From NCBI GenBank assembly GCA_902565955.1, contig CACFGR010000002.1:1-42840 (forward strand): DNA of 42,840 nt. The letters run 5' to 3'. A program made the translations under genes and the position numbers. Under the pieces are notes generated by a model, which saw nothing but the letters and a program-made list of their open reading frames with translations, was not told where the DNA came from and did not search any database. Shown here one piece after another: positions 1-9,242 of this stretch (within the stretch, counting starts at the first letter, position 1; the number at the start of each line of letters is the position of its first letter). This stretch comes from an uncultured Pelagibacteraceae bacterium (GTDB taxonomy: Bacteria > Pseudomonadota > Alphaproteobacteria > Pelagibacterales > AG-422-B15).

Positions 1-2
1 CC

Positions 3-713
3 TTGGCGGGTCTGGGACTTTTAGCAGGTAATTTTATTGTGGGTTTATTTACTAAAGGCTCAGTATTTCTAGCCTATGTTTATCTCTATCAGTTCAGAAT
101 AATTACGATTGACGAAGTACTCCCCGGATGGATGGTATGGATACTGACTTTTATCATTGTGGATTTTGTCTATTATTGGTACCACCGATGCTCTCATAGA
201 GTAAGATTTTTCTGGGCGGTACATATGAATCATCATTCTAGTGAGGAAATGAACTTTTCCGTATCATTAAGACAGGCTTGGTTCGGCGGTTTAAATAAAT
301 TTCCATTTTTTGCGATAATCCCCATTATTGGTTTTAATCCTGTTATAACTGCGGTTGCAAGTTTAATTCTAATGTTGTGGGGAGTGACTGGTCACACTCA
401 ATGGATTAAAAAATTAGGACCTTTAGAATATATATTTGTAACGCCATCTCATCATAGAGTACACCATGGAAGTAATGAGGAATACATAGATAAGAATTAT
501 GGCAATTTCCTTATCATTTGGGACCATATGTTTGGAACATTTAAAGAAGAAAGGTGTGAAGTAATTTATGGAATCAGAGAAAATGTTAAGACCTTTAACC
601 CTGTAAAAATTACTTTTATTTTTTGGCAAATTATGATTGCTGACTATAAAAAATCAAAAAATATAAAAGAAAAGTTTTTGAGTTTATTCGGTGCGCCCGA
701 ATGGAAACCTTAA
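3..713 (+). CDS. fatty acid hydroxylase / sterol desaturase family membrane protein (5' partial, open to window edge)
   Basis: The ORF runs from the window edge. It has three histidine boxes typical of the family: HRCSH, HMNHH and HHRVHH. The N-terminal part is hydrophobic. Confidence 0.75.
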   Translation: MAGLGLLAGNFIVGLFTKGSVFLAYVYLYQFRIITIDEVLPGWMVWILTFIIVDFVYYWYHRCSHRVRFFWAVHMNHHSSEEMNFSVSLRQAWFGGLNKFPFFAIIPIIGFNPVITAVASLILMLWGVTGHTQWIKKLGPLEYIFVTPSHHRVHHGSNEEYIDKNYGNFLIIWDHMFGTFKEERCEVIYGIRENVKTFNPVKITFIFWQIMIADYKKSKNIKEKFLSLFGAPEWKP

Positions 714-719
714 GTAAGT

Positions 720-947
720 CTATCTTGGATTATCTAGAATAAATTTTATAAACTTTTCAAGTTCAGTAATTTGACTATCTGGAACATCACTGTAAGACAT
801 GCCAAATTGGTTTTTAATCTCAAGAGCTATGTGGGCATATGGATTGCGTCCTTTTGGGTGTGAAGGGTGTTCTGGCAGTTTTCCTTTTAGCTCGTCACCA
901 GTTTTTTGTATTAGTTTCCATACTTTCTTTTTATTTTCTTCGTTCAT
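720..947 (-). CDS. hypothetical small protein (75 aa), no family recognised
   Basis: Intact ORF that fits tightly between neighbours. The charged, non-repetitive composition is unlike the spurious antisense ORFs elsewhere in the window. Confidence 0.45.
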   Translation of the reverse strand: MNEENKKKVWKLIQKTGDELKGKLPEHPSHPKGRNPYAHIALEIKNQFGMSYSDVPDSQITELEKFIKFILDNPR

Positions 948-1092
948 TAATAAATGCTAATTATTTAAATCAATAAAAACAGTAAGTTATTAATCAATAT
1001 CGTATTATATGCCGCCAAACTGGCAAATAATTATTATTAATTATTATCCATACTATTTAATAATACAATTCAAACTTAATAAGAGATTTATA

Positions 1093-1470
1093 ATGAAAAG
1101 TGAAAAAATTTTTGAGCAAGTTATCAAGCAGATTAAAGTTTTTGAAAGCGCGGGTGACAGGAAAGTTTTTAGCCGTCTAAGTCATTTTCGTCGATCAGTC
1201 TATGGTATTAGAATATGCTATGAGATAATGAGACTATATTTTGACTCAAACGCAAATAAAATTGAATGTACCAAAGAATATTTGACAAAAAATATGTCAG
1301 ACCTTGCATCTAGAGCAACTATAATTAATTTTATTAACGATGAAATAAGTAAAGGGTCGCTGGTTACTCAAGTTAGCTCAAAAGATAAGAGAGTTAAGAT
1401 TATCCAGCCAGCAAGTGAATTAATTGATGAATTCACAATGTGGCTAGATATGATAGATAAAGCAGCTTAA
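1093..1470 (+). CDS. hypothetical protein, possible winged-helix (MarR-like) DNA-binding fold
   Basis: I moved the start to the internal ATG (MKSEKIF...), because the 28-codon upstream extension is low-complexity (IIIINYYPYY). The C-terminal half (ASRATIINFINDEISKGSLVTQVSSKDKRVKIIQPA) resembles an HTH plus wing. This is pattern recognition only. Confidence 0.5.
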   Translation: MKSEKIFEQVIKQIKVFESAGDRKVFSRLSHFRRSVYGIRICYEIMRLYFDSNANKIECTKEYLTKNMSDLASRATIINFINDEISKGSLVTQVSSKDKRVKIIQPASELIDEFTMWLDMIDKAA

Positions 1471-1677
1471 TTATTCTGCTGCTTGTAGATTCACTGCTGA
1501 GACTTTTCCATCTTTTTCCTCAGCGTCATATGATAGTTTTTGGCCTTCATCCAATTTTTTCATACCAGCAGCTTGAACAGCTGTGATATGAACAAAGATG
1601 TCCTTATCACCCTCTTCAGGAGCAATAAATCCATAACCTTTTTTTGGATTAAACCATTTAACAGTACCAGTAGCCAT
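1471..1677 (-). CDS. cold-shock protein, CspA family
   Basis: 68 aa with RNP1 KGYGFI and an RNP2-like IFVHI. The N-terminus [15 protein letters not shown] is typical of the family. Confidence 0.95.
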   Translation of the reverse strand: MATGTVKWFNPKKGYGFIAPEEGDKDIFVHITAVQAAGMKKLDEGQKLSYDAEEKDGKVSAVNLQAAE

Positions 1678-1870
1678 AGTTGTTATTCCTTTTTTATTTA
1701 ATTTAGACTTCGTATCACTCCAAAAAAAAGGAACAAAAACGTAATCTTTAGACGGATCTTATATCTATATATAGACTAAAAGTAAATTGTTTTAATAATA
1801 ATAATTGATTTAAATTTACATTTGGATTTGCAAAATACTCATATCTAAATAGAAGGTATAATTTGATTTT

Positions 1871-3232
1871 ATGGACCTCACTAAAGATAATATTTCAACT
1901 TTAATAAGGCAAATTGCAATACCTTCAAGTATTGGTACTCTTTTTCAAACGCTCTATAACATCGTTGATGTTAAGTTTGCCGGATTAATATCGCCAGATG
2001 CTATCACTGCTATTGCAAAATCATTTCCAATTTACTTCATTATTATTGGATTTACTGCAGGTTTATCCATAGGAGTTACGGCGCTAATTTCAAACGCTCT
2101 TGGTAAAAATGACGAGAAAAAAGCATCGCTTCTTCTTGCGCAGGCTATTCTGACTAGTTTAATTATATCTGTTTTAGTTTCGTTGGTTGGAATTTACGGA
2201 ACAGAACCTATTCTTATATTTTTGAAAACAAATCCTGAAATTATATTCTATGCAAAAGACTATATGAATATAATTTTCATTGGTGCCTCGCTATTTTTCT
2301 TACAATTAACTATTAATGCATTTCTAGTTTCTAAGGGGGATACAAAGTCTCTAAGAAATGTTTTAATTATTTCATTCTTTCTTAATCTAGTTTTGAATCC
2401 AACGTTTATTTATGGGTTTTATTTTGTTCCTGCAATGGGAGTGAAAGGTATAGCCTTAGCAACATTATGTTCACAGCTGTTTGGACTAATTTATATTGTT
2501 ATGAAGGTAAATAAGACAAATTTAAAAAAATTTCTTTATCCACAATGCTTTGTTCCCAAATACGATTTACAAAAGGAAATTTTAACTCAAGCAATTCCCG
2601 CTACAATTTCAATGATGTTTATTGGTTTAGGAGTTTTTGTCTTATTGTTTTACGTTTCAACATACGGAGATTATTCAGCGGGCGGGTACGGTGCAGCGAT
2701 CCGCTTTGAACAACTTTTTCTATTACCTGTATTAGGCTTAAATGCATCTACTCTCGCTTTAGTTGGTCAAAATTTTGGCGCTATGAATTTTAGCAGAATT
2801 CATGAGACTTATAATAGGTCAATTTTTTATGGAACTTTCTTTATGGCTATATGTGGACTGTTTATTTTCTTTTTATCAGACTACATCATGTTCTTTTTTA
2901 GCGATAATAAAGAAATTATTTATTATGGATCAACTTACCTGAAGATCGCTGCATTTGCCGGACCTTGCTATCCGATTTTCTTTATATCGTCAGCATTACT
3001 TCAAGGACTTAAAAAACCAAATTATCAAATGATAATTAATTTAATGAGAATGGTGATATTGCCAGTTTGCGGACTTTCCGTTGCAGTTCTCTATTTAAAA
3101 GTTGAATTTATTACAATGTTTATAGTTATATTGATAATTAACTATGTATTTGCAGCTGCAGTCTACAAATTTTCGACTTACCAAATAAGCTATATACAAA
3201 AAAACTATAATCCAAATTTTGATGCCGTTTGA
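1871..3232 (+). CDS. MATE family efflux transporter
   Basis: 453 aa polytopic membrane protein. The N-terminus (IAIPSSIGTLFQTLYNIVDVKFAG) is typical of MATE/NorM-like proteins. Confidence 0.85.
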   Translation: MDLTKDNISTLIRQIAIPSSIGTLFQTLYNIVDVKFAGLISPDAITAIAKSFPIYFIIIGFTAGLSIGVTALISNALGKNDEKKASLLLAQAILTSLIISVLVSLVGIYGTEPILIFLKTNPEIIFYAKDYMNIIFIGASLFFLQLTINAFLVSKGDTKSLRNVLIISFFLNLVLNPTFIYGFYFVPAMGVKGIALATLCSQLFGLIYIVMKVNKTNLKKFLYPQCFVPKYDLQKEILTQAIPATISMMFIGLGVFVLLFYVSTYGDYSAGGYGAAIRFEQLFLLPVLGLNASTLALVGQNFGAMNFSRIHETYNRSIFYGTFFMAICGLFIFFLSDYIMFFFSDNKEIIYYGSTYLKIAAFAGPCYPIFFISSALLQGLKKPNYQMIINLMRMVILPVCGLSVAVLYLKVEFITMFIVILIINYVFAAAVYKFSTYQISYIQKNYNPNFDAV

Positions 3233-3969
3233 TTGAAAAATCCTTTATTTTTTTGATCTGAAATCCAATGATTTATAAAGTTTATCCATTCTTGATCACC
3301 TCTCGGTAACAAAATTGCGAATAATTTTGCATTTTTGGGCTCATCAATATTTATGATTGATAGCTCTGGATATAAATTGATAAGTTTTAAAGCATCAACT
3401 TTGCTTGTTAATGATACATCAGCTCTTCCTGACAACACTTCTTGATATTCACGTGCAGGAGCTTCAACCATCACAATTTTAGAATCTGGAAAAGATTTTT
3501 TGGCTTCATTTTCAAAGACCGTTCCAAGCGTAACAGCAACTGTTGTATTGGAATTATTGATATTATCCCAGCTTCCAATACTTTCTAGATTCTTAGCCAG
3601 GGTCATTGCTACCGTTCCAGTACCATAATATGAATTTGAATAACCAGCGGTAAGTGCTCTTTTAGTCGTTATTGAGGCGCTGGATGTCATGTGGTATTTA
3701 GAAGCTACCACACCTGAAACAAGATTTTTCCAATCTGTTGCAACAAACTCAATATCAACACCCATGTCTTCAGCTAGTTTTTTTGCTACATCAATATCGT
3801 AACCTTCATATTCATTCGTTTCAGGGTTCATAAAGCTCCAGCCTGGAAAATCACCAGTTGTTCCGACTTTAAGTACACCAGTTTTCATAATTTCATCTAG
3901 TGTTGATGCATGTGATAAAGATGAGATAAATAATGCAATAGAAATTAATAAGGCTTGAATGAGCTTCAT
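3205..3969 (-). CDS. amino-acid ABC transporter substrate-binding protein (family 3)
   Basis: Signal peptide (ALFISSLSHAS), then GVLKVGTTGDFPGWSF...GYDIDVAKKLAEDMGV, typical of polar amino-acid binding proteins. Confidence 0.85.
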   Translation of the reverse strand: MKLIQALLISIALFISSLSHASTLDEIMKTGVLKVGTTGDFPGWSFMNPETNEYEGYDIDVAKKLAEDMGVDIEFVATDWKNLVSGVVASKYHMTSSASITTKRALTAGYSNSYYGTGTVAMTLAKNLESIGSWDNINNSNTTVAVTLGTVFENEAKKSFPDSKIVMVEAPAREYQEVLSGRADVSLTSKVDALKLINLYPELSIINIDEPKNAKLFAILLPRGDQEWINFINHWISDQKNKGFFNQTASKFGL

Positions 3970-4042
3970 ATGATTTTCCTCTTTTTAATATTTTTTAAAA
4001 ATTATACGTTTATATTTAAATAATATAATTATATTTTTTATC

Positions 4043-4801
4043 ATGAATTTCAACATAGCTGGAAAAATCAATGTCTTCCTAATGCTTTTGTCTTTATTAG
4101 TATTAGCAGGATGTTCATCGAATTATCAATGGGGTTGGTATGTAATTCTGCCAAATAATAAGATTGGACTATCAAATATAGAATTCTTAATTGGTGGTTT
4201 AGGCTACACTATAATTCTATCAGTAATTTCAATTATAATTGCAATATTTTTGGGCTTAATTGTATCTGTTGCAAGCATTTCAAGATACAGAGTTCTTAAC
4301 TACATAAATGTTGGCTATACAGAGATAATTCGAGCAATACCAGTTTTAGTCATGATTTTATGGGTTTACTATGGATTACCTGTTTTGCTGAACCTAAATT
4401 TTACTGCATTTACTGCGGGGATCATCGCATTAAGTATCTGTGAGAGCCCATTTATAGCAGAGATTTTCAGATCTGGTATCCAAGCCGTGCCTAAAGGTCA
4501 AAAAGAAGCCGGTTCATCTATGGGTATGAATTTTTTTCAAATTTTCTATCACATCACATTACCTCAAGCAGTTCGAATAATTTTACCTGCATTAGGCAAT
4601 CAATTTGTTTACATGCTCAAGATGTCATCCCTTGTATCAATCATTGGTCTGAATGAGTTAACAAGAAAAGCTAATGAGCTCGTAGTGAGTCAGTATCGAC
4701 CTTTGGAAATTTATACATTTTTAGTATTAGAATATTTAGTCCTCATTTTAGTAGTTTCTTTTTTAGTAAGACGTCTTGAGAAGAGACTTAAGGTTTATTA
4801 A
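4043..4801 (+). CDS. amino-acid ABC transporter permease (HisM/GlnP-type) with N-terminal lipobox-like extension
   Basis: Contains an EAA-loop region (ESPFIAEIFRSGIQAVPKGQKEAGSSMGM) and several TM segments. The N-terminus carries LLVLAGCSS. Confidence 0.85.
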   Translation: MNFNIAGKINVFLMLLSLLVLAGCSSNYQWGWYVILPNNKIGLSNIEFLIGGLGYTIILSVISIIIAIFLGLIVSVASISRYRVLNYINVGYTEIIRAIPVLVMILWVYYGLPVLLNLNFTAFTAGIIALSICESPFIAEIFRSGIQAVPKGQKEAGSSMGMNFFQIFYHITLPQAVRIILPALGNQFVYMLKMSSLVSIIGLNELTRKANELVVSQYRPLEIYTFLVLEYLVLILVVSFLVRRLEKRLKVY

Positions 4802-6258
4802 GTCCCACAAAAAGTTTTATAGGGAATATTTGTTTTAGTTGGTGTTTTCAAATATTTGATGTTTACTTTTTTTAACTGGTAAGGTGAAGAAATTATTTCG
4901 TTAAGCTCATTAAACTTATCAAGCTTTCCATCTATTTCGGCTTCGCTGAGTGCCTCTTCAACCAAATAATTTCTTGGAATTAAAATTGGATTACAACTCA
5001 TCATCACATCTAAATATTCCTTACTTTTAACTCTTTTTTTCCATTCTCTTTTCCAATTATTAAACTCATCATCTTCAAACTCTTTATCGTCTGCATGATC
5101 ATAATTCATTAGATTGCAAAATGTATTTGTAAAATCCGGTTTTTTTTGTTGCATCCATTTGATTAAGTTGTTGATGAGTTCTTCGTCATCTTCGCTTTGA
5201 TCTTTAATACCTAGTTTTTTTTTCATCATTTGAAGCCATCTGTCCTTAAACAATGAACTAAAAGTGTTTAAAAGATTTTGAGCAATTTCAATTGATTTTT
5301 TCTCGTTTTCATCGATGAGTGGTAATAAGCACTCTGCTAGTCTCACTAAATTCCATTGAATTATTGAGGGTTGATTGGCAAAAGAATATCTTCCTTGAGT
5401 ATCAATTGAGCTAAAAACTGTATTGGCATCATAATGATCCATAAAAGCGCAAGGTCCATAATCAATTGTCTCTCCTGATATTGTTGAGTTATCAGTATTC
5501 ATGACTCCATGAATAAATCCAACACGCATCCATTCTACAATTAAGTTTATCTGATTTAGCATGACAGCTTTTATGAATTCAATCGCTATATTTTCGGAGA
5601 ATTTTAGATCATTGAAATGTCTTTTTATTGAGAAATCTAGAAGAGATTTCATGCTCTGATAATCTTTGTGTGCTGCTAAAAACTGAAAAGTACCAATTCT
5701 TATGTGGCTGCTTGCTACTCGTGTTAAAATAGATCCTTTTAATGGAACTTCTCGGTAGACTTTTTCTCCGGTCTCAACAACTGCTAAACTTCTTGTAGTT
5801 GGAATACCTAAATAATACATTGCTTCACTAATTAAATATTCACGTAACATCGGTCCCAATGCAGCCTTACCATCTCCACCCCTTGAATAAGGTGTTCGTC
5901 CCGAACCTTTGTACTGAATATCAAATATTTCACCCTCTGGAGTCTTTTGTTCACCGACAACGTGGGCTCTACCGTCACCAAGAATTGTAAATTGCCCAAA
6001 TTGATGCCCTGCATAAGCCTGCGCAAATGGCTTTGCACCATGGGGCAATTTATTTCCTGAAAATAAATTTGATAGGTCTTTTTCAGAGAACCCATTTAAA
6101 TTTAGACCAAGTTTTTTAGCCAGCTTGTGATTAATAATGACGGTGCTTGGATTATTGACTGCATCTGGTTTTAATTCTGAGAAAAGTCTGTCAGATATTT
6201 GGGTATAACTATTTTGTAAATTCCACCCTGTGTCAGAAAGAGATACATTATTCTTCAT
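4798..6258 (-). CDS. selO: protein adenylyltransferase SelO (YdiU family)
   Basis: 486 aa with the motifs AYAGHQFGQF, LGDGRA and GVMNTDN, and with SelO-family length and architecture. Confidence 0.9.
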   Translation of the reverse strand: MKNNVSLSDTGWNLQNSYTQISDRLFSELKPDAVNNPSTVIINHKLAKKLGLNLNGFSEKDLSNLFSGNKLPHGAKPFAQAYAGHQFGQFTILGDGRAHVVGEQKTPEGEIFDIQYKGSGRTPYSRGGDGKAALGPMLREYLISEAMYYLGIPTTRSLAVVETGEKVYREVPLKGSILTRVASSHIRIGTFQFLAAHKDYQSMKSLLDFSIKRHFNDLKFSENIAIEFIKAVMLNQINLIVEWMRVGFIHGVMNTDNSTISGETIDYGPCAFMDHYDANTVFSSIDTQGRYSFANQPSIIQWNLVRLAECLLPLIDENEKKSIEIAQNLLNTFSSLFKDRWLQMMKKKLGIKDQSEDDEELINNLIKWMQQKKPDFTNTFCNLMNYDHADDKEFEDDEFNNWKREWKKRVKSKEYLDVMMSCNPILIPRNYLVEEALSEAEIDGKLDKFNELNEIISSPYQLKKVNIKYLKTPTKTNIPYKTFCGT

Positions 6259-6302
6259 TGTTGTTGTAAACTTAATTTAATTTTACATATATTTACATCA
6301 AA

Positions 6303-6725
6303 ATGTTAATTCAAAAAGAACTTGAAATAGTAGTTGAAGGAAAAGGGCTCTATAATATTACAGATATTATAAATCAAGCTATTAGCAAACATAGAATATC
6401 AAAAGGTATCTGCACTATTTTTATCAAACACACATCCGCATCTCTAATTATTCAGGAAAACGCAGACCCTAACGTCCTTAAAGATTTAGAAAATTACTAC
6501 GACAAAATAGTACCCGAAAACGATAATTATTTACATAGTGAGGAAGGTCCGGATGATATGCCTGCGCATATTAAATCTTCTCTGACCAACACAACACTGA
6601 GCATTCCAATTAAAGAAAAAAAACTTGATCTTGGCATATGGCAAGGAGTGTATTTATTTGAACACCGATATAAGAACAATGATCTTGGAATAAAAAGAAT
6701 TATTTCAATGACGGTGATAGCCTAG
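6303..6725 (+). CDS. YjbQ/UPF0047 family protein (secondary thiamine-phosphate synthase family)
   Basis: 140 aa with the motifs HTSASLIIQENADP and DDMPAHIKSSL, characteristic of the YjbQ family. Confidence 0.85.
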   Translation: MLIQKELEIVVEGKGLYNITDIINQAISKHRISKGICTIFIKHTSASLIIQENADPNVLKDLENYYDKIVPENDNYLHSEEGPDDMPAHIKSSLTNTTLSIPIKEKKLDLGIWQGVYLFEHRYKNNDLGIKRIISMTVIA

Positions 6726-7174
6726 TGGGGCATTCTAAATTTATCATGGCATGCTTTACAACTTGACCAAATTAAATTCTTTTGAGCCTCTTTTAATTCA
6801 TCTCCTGTAAGGCTAGCAGCAATTTGAGTAAATTTTTTAACTTTGTCTGAAGTTTCAGTCATCAAAGCGTTAAATTCATCTTTTTGAAACCAAATAGTGG
6901 GTAATGCTTCAGTATCATAACCTGTTTTTGAATTGTCAGGAAAAAGATCAATGAGTTTATCGTAATTTGCGCTCATTTTTTCAGAGATCTCTATGACTTT
7001 ATCATTATTACCTTTTGCTATTTCTGCAGACATTTTTTTTGCATGGCTATAATTTTGCTTAAATAATGATTTTCTTTCTTTTATAATTTTTCCATGGTCA
7101 TCGGCATAACCAATAAAAACAAAAAATAGAGAAGCTAAAATTGATGAAAGCAGTATTTGAAAAATTATTCTCAT
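6722..7174 (-). CDS. class II cytochrome c (cytochrome c'/c-556-like)
   Basis: Signal peptide, helical body and a single C-terminal haem motif CKACH a few residues from the end. Confidence 0.8.
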   Translation of the reverse strand: MRIIFQILLSSILASLFFVFIGYADDHGKIIKERKSLFKQNYSHAKKMSAEIAKGNNDKVIEISEKMSANYDKLIDLFPDNSKTGYDTEALPTIWFQKDEFNALMTETSDKVKKFTQIAASLTGDELKEAQKNLIWSSCKACHDKFRMPH

Positions 7175-7190
7175 ATTTTAAATATATATT

Positions 7191-7718
7191 ATGAAAATTA
7201 AAAATGACAATAGTACTTATGGTGTTCTTGCTCGACTCTTTCATTGGCTCACTTTTTTAATCCTATTATTTCAATTACCTTTAGGACTTTATTTAGACAA
7301 TTTGGAGTTCTCTGAATTTAAATTAACAGTTGAAAATATACATATTATAATTGGTGTAAGTATTTTTTATTTAACATTACTCAGATTGATTTGGAAATTT
7401 TTGAATCCAAAGCCAATAACTTCAACTGTAAATAAATTACAATTAATAGCGTCAAAAGCAGTACATGGACTTTTTTATATTACTCTTCTTTTCATTACAA
7501 TCAGCGGAATCTTAAAACTTTTACTTTCTGGCGAGGAAGTAAATTTTATAATTTCCAAGGTGTACATTGACTATTTTAACTATGAGCTTGCAGACCAATT
7601 CCACACTGTTCATGTTATTTCAGCTTATTTTTTAGTACTTCTTTTCACTATTCATTTAGGGGCTGTTGTGTATCATCATCTCATACAAAAAGACCCAATA
7701 TTAAAAAAAATGCTGTAA
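7191..7718 (+). CDS. cytochrome b561 family protein
   Basis: 175 aa with four TM segments. Conserved histidines sit in TM1 (LFHWLT), TM2-TM3 (AVHGL) and TM4 (HLGAVVYHH). Confidence 0.8.
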   Translation: MKIKNDNSTYGVLARLFHWLTFLILLFQLPLGLYLDNLEFSEFKLTVENIHIIIGVSIFYLTLLRLIWKFLNPKPITSTVNKLQLIASKAVHGLFYITLLFITISGILKLLLSGEEVNFIISKVYIDYFNYELADQFHTVHVISAYFLVLLFTIHLGAVVYHHLIQKDPILKKML

Positions 7719-7724
7719 TCAACG

Positions 7725-9242
7725 ATGACCGATAATCCTAATTTGTCTCAATTTCTTGATAGACTAGAAAAATTAACTGATGAAACTCGAACTGAAGCAA
7801 AAAATAAAAGGCACAAACTTGGATTAAGAACAGCGCGAGAAAATCTCGATCACTTGGTTGATGATCAAAGTTTTTTAGAGTACGGCGCTTTTGCAGTAGC
7901 GGCTCAAAGAAATAGAAGAAAGTATGAAGATCTCCAAGTTGATACCGCAGCAGATGGTATCATTACTGGATTTTGTAAAATCAATTCCGATCTTATTGGT
8001 GAGGAAAAATCTGATGCGGTCAGTATAGTTTACGACTACTCAGTGTTGGCAGGTACTCAAGGTTTTTTTCACCACATGAAACTTGATCGTATCTGTGAAA
8101 AAGCAAAAGAGTTTAAACTTCCAATAGTCATTTATACTGAAGGTGGAGGTGGAAGGCCTGGAGATACAGATGTAACAACATCTGTTGCTGGTTTGCATGT
8201 CCCATCTTTCGCACTCTGGGCAAGTTTGTACGGTAGATGTTTGAGAATTGCTATAAATAATGGATTTTGTTTTGCTGGCAATGCAGCTCTTTTTGGAAGT
8301 GCTGACATCAGGATTGCTACAAAGAATTCTTGGATTGGAATGGCAGGTCCTGCAATGATTGAAGGTGGCGGACTTGGAAAGTTCGATCCAAAAGAAATAG
8401 GACCGTCAGACATTCAAAAAAATAACGGCGTAATTGACTATGTTGCTGAAGATGAAAAAGAGGCAACTATTATTGCTAAAAAAATACTCTCATACTTTCA
8501 AGGAGACATTAAAGATTGGAAAGCTGATGATCAGAAGAAGCTAAGCAATATTATGCCCAAAGATAGACGATGGTCTTATCCAGTAAGAGACATTATAAAA
8601 ATTATTTCTGATATTGAAGAATTTACTGAAATAAAACCTGAATATGGAAAAGGAATTGTTACGTGCTTTATTAGAATAGAGGGAAAGCCTTTTGGGTTAT
8701 TGGCAAATGATAGTCAACATTTAGGAGGCGCAATTGACTCCGAAGGAGCTGACAAAGCATCTTCTTTTATTGAAATGTGCAGTGAATATGGTTTGCCGCT
8801 TATTTCACTGGTTGATACGCCTGGATTTATGGTGGGACCAAACAGTGAGAAAGAAGGGGCTGTTAGAAGAATGTCAAATCTTTTTAAGATAGGATCTAAA
8901 GTAAAAGTACCTTTAACAGCAATTTTTTTAAGAAAAGGATATGGACTTGGAGCTCAGGCAATGGTTGGCGGTAGTCTTCATGAACCAGTATATACGGCCG
9001 CCTGGCCAACAGGTGAGTTTGGAGCAATGGGGTTAGAAGGAGCTGTAAAGCTTGGGTTTAAAAAAGAGCTAGAAAAGATTGAAGATAATTCAAAAAGAGA
9101 GGAATTATTCAATAGTCTAGTCGAAAAACTCTATGATAAAGGAAAAGCCATAGAAGCTGCTGCTCACCTTGAAATCGATGCGGTAATTAATCCATCTGAA
9201 ACACGAATTGTTATCTTAAAATCACAAAAGGCCTTTGTATGA
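7725..9242 (+). CDS. acyl-CoA carboxylase carboxyltransferase-domain protein (PccB/MmdA-like)
   Basis: 505 aa with two crotonase-like halves. Diagnostic stretches are YDYSVLAGTQGFFHHMK, TEGGGGRPGD, and DTPGFMVG with a GAVRRMS-type second half. Confidence 0.85.
   Translation: MTDNPNLSQFLDRLEKLTDETRTEAKNKRHKLGLRTARENLDHLVDDQSFLEYGAFAVAAQRNRRKYEDLQVDTAADGIITGFCKINSDLIGEEKSDAVSIVYDYSVLAGTQGFFHHMKLDRICEKAKEFKLPIVIYTEGGGGRPGDTDVTTSVAGLHVPSFALWASLYGRCLRIAINNGFCFAGNAALFGSADIRIATKNSWIGMAGPAMIEGGGLGKFDPKEIGPSDIQKNNGVIDYVAEDEKEATIIAKKILSYFQGDIKDWKADDQKKLSNIMPKDRRWSYPVRDIIKIISDIEEFTEIKPEYGKGIVTCFIRIEGKPFGLLANDSQHLGGAIDSEGADKASSFIEMCSEYGLPLISLVDTPGFMVGPNSEKEGAVRRMSNLFKIGSKVKVPLTAIFLRKGYGLGAQAMVGGSLHEPVYTAAWPTGEFGAMGLEGAVKLGFKKELEKIEDNSKREELFNSLVEKLYDKGKAIEAAAHLEIDAVINPSETRIVILKSQKAFV

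Noticed and set aside
1852-1870. TATAAT hexamers 8-9 nt upstream of the MATE (1856-1861) and acdS (about 13604-13609, minus strand) start codons, suggesting leaderless mRNAs
   Set aside because: TATAAT is expected well over a hundred times by chance in a 43-kb window at this composition. No convincing -35 lies at 17 nt spacing.
2536-2544. Perfect DnaA box TTATCCACA inside the MATE coding region
   Set aside because: It is a single isolated 9-mer within a CDS. At this base composition roughly one such hit per two windows is expected by chance.
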